A stretch of DNA of 64,000 nucleotides from Takakia lepidozioides (Eukaryota; Plantae; Bryophyta): contig CM060731.1 in NCBI GenBank assembly GCA_030704615.1, forward strand, positions 42,036,001 to 42,100,000, in the 5' to 3' direction. The first letter of the stretch is position 1, and each line of letters opens with the position of its first letter. This document shows positions 60,292 to 64,000 of this stretch, in pieces. A program made the position numbers and the translations under genes. The notes under the pieces are model-generated. The model saw nothing but the letters and a program-made list of their open reading frames with translations. It did not search any database and was not told the origin of the DNA.

Positions 60292-61657
60292 TGAAAATAG
60301 GCACCCATAATGTATATCTTCAAGCTCCAAGTTCTATATATCTATAGCTTTAGTATCCTACGAAAGAATAACACATTAGGGAAAAACAAAGTCACATTAA
60401 CCAACACCATCCAAAACACACAAATACCAAACAATAATTGAACAATATAATATAACGAGGCAAACAACGGGTTTCGGTAGTGAAATAAATCAAAGTATCG
60501 GTTTCGCAGCGAAATAACGGATTTCGCTTGCGAAATTTCTAGGTATCGCTGCATAGGTCATTATCCAATGGTTTCGTGGGCGAAACAAAATGTGTTGTGT
60601 TTGGTTTTGCATATAATAGACGACGTGAGATTGTTATATTTCGCTAATGAACTGTTATGTATTTTTATTGCAGTATGTCGGTACCCATGCTTTCGTGGGC
60701 GAAACAGAATGAAATATATTGCTAATATAATCAAGTGTCACCTGCACTTGACTAAATTCCCCCATATTAAGCAACGAAAATTGTTGATGCAGACGGCACT
60801 GACCGGATGTTGCTTATGTCCCAACTTCGCCTGCCTTGTGCTCACATGAGCACACGTCTGCTCAAGTAAGCACAATTTGATCCCGTGAGCACAAATTTCA
60901 CTTTTTAGTTTCGTTGTAGCATCTTTTCGGGAAGACATGAGACTTGATTCAAATTGTGAAGGGAGGCAACCAAGAGAATGCGGTTGACCACTTTCCAAAG
61001 GAATGCACTAACTTTGGCAGCCTTATCTTTGTGCCAGACCTCTTTCCAGATCCTCTTCTAAACTGTGAGGTCCAGGTTCAAGTTCCATTTTTTGTTCCCG
61101 TGCTGGGTGCAAGAGTGTGGTGGCCTCTGCAAAGCGTAACCCAGTTTAACAGAATAACCAAAGAATGGGGTATGCTTGAGTCCATCCATGATCACTCCCC
61201 AGGGATCAAATTGCAGCCTGGCTGTAGGGGCACGAAGGAACCATAAGAAAGAGGAGTGAACAAGCCAATGAATTTCTCCTTCCAGAGGGGGAGAGGGGTT
61301 GCTGCTACCATTGATGATGTTTACAACTTTGATATCATAGAGGCCATCAACCGAGAGATCCACTTGTCCGGAGTAGGAAAGGATGCCCATATTTTTTTGC
61401 CTGAAAACCAAAGCCATGAGCAATTCTTGAGAGACATTAAGTACCAGAGTGGCATGACAAAAGGAACCAATTGAGCATCCTTTCCAAGTTGGGGTAGGAT
61501 CGAATGAAGGTATCCAAAACCTCAGATAAAATCACAAGGCAACTGTGTGTGACAAACTTCTTTTCCCCACAATCTCATTAGAGAGGAATTGTCCGTTTTC
61601 CCAAATGTGCGAGAACACGGCCAGAACTTTCCCGCTGTGCCCATTTGGGAGTTATAA

Positions 61658-61994
61658 AAAAGTTATCCTGTAAAGGGTCCCAAACTCGGCATGAGAACCC
61701 TGAGTTTGGCCAAATTTGGGCAATGAGACTCAAAACTCAGGACGTGAGGGTACCATTAGAAAAGCCATTAGAAAAAAGCCATTAGAAAAAAACACTGGAC
61801 CAAACTGCGAAGACATAGGAAAATGGTCGTGGCGGGAGTTGGGACCCCCTCATCCCAGTTTTGATTTGGTGCCCTCTTTTCTAACTTTGTGCAGAGTTTT
61901 CTAAACTTTGTGGATTTACTCAAACTCAGGATAAAATGAGAAACTAGGGTCCAAACTGGGTACCAAACTTAGGCTCACTTTATGGATAACTTTA
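61658..61994. mobile_element. MITE, second (more decayed) copy of 16118-16483
   Basis: AGTTATCCTGTAAAGGGTCCCAAACTCGGCATGAGAACCCTGAGTTTGGCC ... GGCTCACTTTATGGATAACTTTA, collinear with the 16.1 kb copy. Confidence 0.8.
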
Positions 61995-63452
61995 ATAACT
62001 TATAACATTCAAAATTAAAAGCAACACTAGAGGGCTGTCACTTTGCTAAGCCATCTTGTGCATTGGCCGTGGGTCTGGGGCTCAAAACCCTGTGATCTGT
62101 CTCTCTTTACCTTCAAGCAACTTTGTTTGCCTTCAGGGCCTGAAGGGGGTATGGACCTGCCTTTTAGAGGGACTATGCATTTGTTGGCTCTCTTGTAGAG
62201 AGAGACTTGCAACATGTTGAAGTAAATGGAGAAAATGTGTTCGAAGGACCTTACACCGTGTCAAGGCTCTGATTGCTGTATTGTGCTGAGTCATGCCCCT
62301 TCCTCTCACCTTCTCTTATGTTTTGTGAGAGCAAGAGAGCCCATCGCAGTTTTAGGCTTGTTTGATTGGAACCTTATATCTTGAGTGGGTCCCAATTAGG
62401 AACATGTTCTTTATGTTTTCCATTGGTGAACGTAGTAACAATGCACCTGAATGGGTATTATAAGGAGGGGGAGGCCTATGCTTTGCAGTGGTTCTCCGCA
62501 GTTGCGTCCAGGCCTGTTGCAAACCACATGCAGCTTGCAAATGCAAGATTCGTGCATGATTCATGCAAGCAAGATCATGTATACGCAGAGTTGAGATATG
62601 GGCAAAGAGTGTGAAATTGGAACCCGAACCCAGTGATGTACAAAAGTTCACATTCCAAGTAGAGGTCAGGTGTCCGAAGGAGACCATCGAACTGCTGACT
62701 TGTAATTAAACAGAGGGTTCTTTTTTGGACCCTGTGACTTACTTTTGTACAGAAAGAGTGGGTTCTGGGCGCGCTTAGGTGCAGGATCATTCTCTACCTG
62801 GGAAGAGTTGGACTCTTCTACAGCTGTCTTCTGTATAGATTTTGAATTTGCTGCAAAAGGAAGCTCAGGTTGTGTTGCTGCTGTGCAAGTGGGTTGACAT
62901 CCAAACTGTATCGTCGGTGGAGCATCAGCAGAGTTGAGTATTGCCTCCCGCTTGTCCCCATTTGCATTTATCTGAAGTTGTGTTGCTGCCCTGGCAGTTG
63001 GCTGACATCCAAACTGTGTTGTAGATAGAGCCTCAGCAGGTTCTCTTTGGTCTTCTGGCATCCCCTCCTGTCTGTCCTTATTGCCGTGTGATGATATTGG
63101 CTTTATCACCTTGGCAAGAGCTCCACCATTCTACAAACATCATAAAACACCCTTACTCAGCTTAACTCTGCCAGAAGGCCAATGATTGCCAAGGTTTCAA
63201 CGGTAGCCAGGTACGGCTCATCTTCAGGCTTTGGTTCCATCATACAAGAACCTAGAGTCTTTCTCCACAGCCTAGTTGGTTCCCCTGCAAACCTACCAAC
63301 TATGAGAAATTAAGGTTCGTGAGGTGTGTATGGAGGCAAGATACCCTTCAATGCCTGCCAAGGTTCCAAACTATACATGAGGGCTCATCTACCGGTTTGC
63401 TAATGCCATAAGCATGCCTAGGGAGTTTCTCTTGCACTCTCCTATCCATCCC

Positions 63453-63939
63453 TGAGTTTCAATTTCAGTCTAGTGCCGACTAGACTTACACTCAGGGCCG
63501 GAAGCCTACCTTTGAACAGCGAACAGATGCAGAGAGGAAAGAGGGATTGCAATTGCCCGTTGTGCGGGCAACCTGAAGACAATACTCATTTTCGGATTCA
63601 TTGTCCTGGGTACTCTGACGAGAGAGACGGCCAAATCCATCAAGGGAATTGTGTCTGAACCTCTGTTTACCAACTCTGAAAGTCTCGAGGCTGAGCCACA
63701 AGCCCAGGCCCTTTTGGGGCCTAGTTATTGGGCAAACCACACACAGCACGTTGATGCTTGTGTGAAGGGATTTGTAGAGGACATCTGGAAAACTTGGATT
63801 AATTTTCTATTCCAAGGTGAGTCATACTACCAGCGTCAGCCCCTGACAAAGGTAGTTTCTGTCCCTTTGTGTTCCGCTCAAACTGAGCGCGGGGTCAATG
63901 GCCACAAGGCTACTGCAAAAAACGTCTTATGAGTACATC
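63453..63939 (+). mobile_element. RTEX-like LINE 3' fragment retaining the CCHC zinc knuckle
   Basis: LRAGSLPLNSE..CPLCGQPEDNTHFRIHCPGY, then after a frameshift [38 protein letters not shown]. 14-bp TSD with one mismatch: CTCCTATCCATCCC (63439-63452) and CTCGTATCCATCCC (63940-63953). Confidence 0.88.
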
Positions 63940-64000
63940 CTCGTATCCATCCCAACTATGCCCGACCATGAGGTCCCAAATATAACCAGGCAGGGTAACC

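Noticed and set aside
1-64000. CRISPR array, rRNA, prokaryotic operon or organellar insert
   Set aside because: No regularly spaced repeat-spacer array or rRNA-like sequence. The ycf45- and GUF1-like sequences contain spliceosomal introns, so they are nuclear.

Overview
Eukaryotic nuclear DNA from a land plant. Spliceosomal GT-AG introns, TTTAGGG-type repeats and the gene and TE families suggest a non-seed lineage such as a bryophyte, but this is inference. Four genes look intact: a 9-exon Ycf45/SPD1-like plastid P-loop NTPase (+, 6180-14181); a single-exon, very compact FHA + C-terminal-helix protein resembling the plant Survivin-like chromosomal passenger subunit BORI (+, 40375-40845); a 17-exon SAC1/FIG4-type phosphoinositide phosphatase (-, 42477-49765); and a DSK2/ubiquilin (-, 51807-56890). 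The BORI-SAC locus was copied twice more within the window, as a near-identical 3.9 kb direct copy (1708-5611) and as an inverted, internally deleted mosaic copy (17421-21949). The ~16.6-33 kb interval is a patchwork of gene fragments, several still with their introns (F-box-associated, SAC, BORI, GUF1/LepA, starch synthase, unknowns), around a ~1.9 kb fold-back with ~0.9 kb arms and a 25-nt loop (22518-24401). Mobile DNA includes seven pieces of one RTEX-like LINE family. These repeatedly insert at CT-rich/(CT)n sites, with readable target-site duplications (TSDs) and serial re-insertion at the same site. There is also a Dualen/RandI-like restriction-like-endonuclease LINE with a 9-bp TSD, two tRNA-derived SINE families, a TIR MITE pair and L1 remnants. 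A GDSL lipase pseudogene is cut by the left edge. All calls were made by eye and family names come from recalled motifs; no database searches were run.
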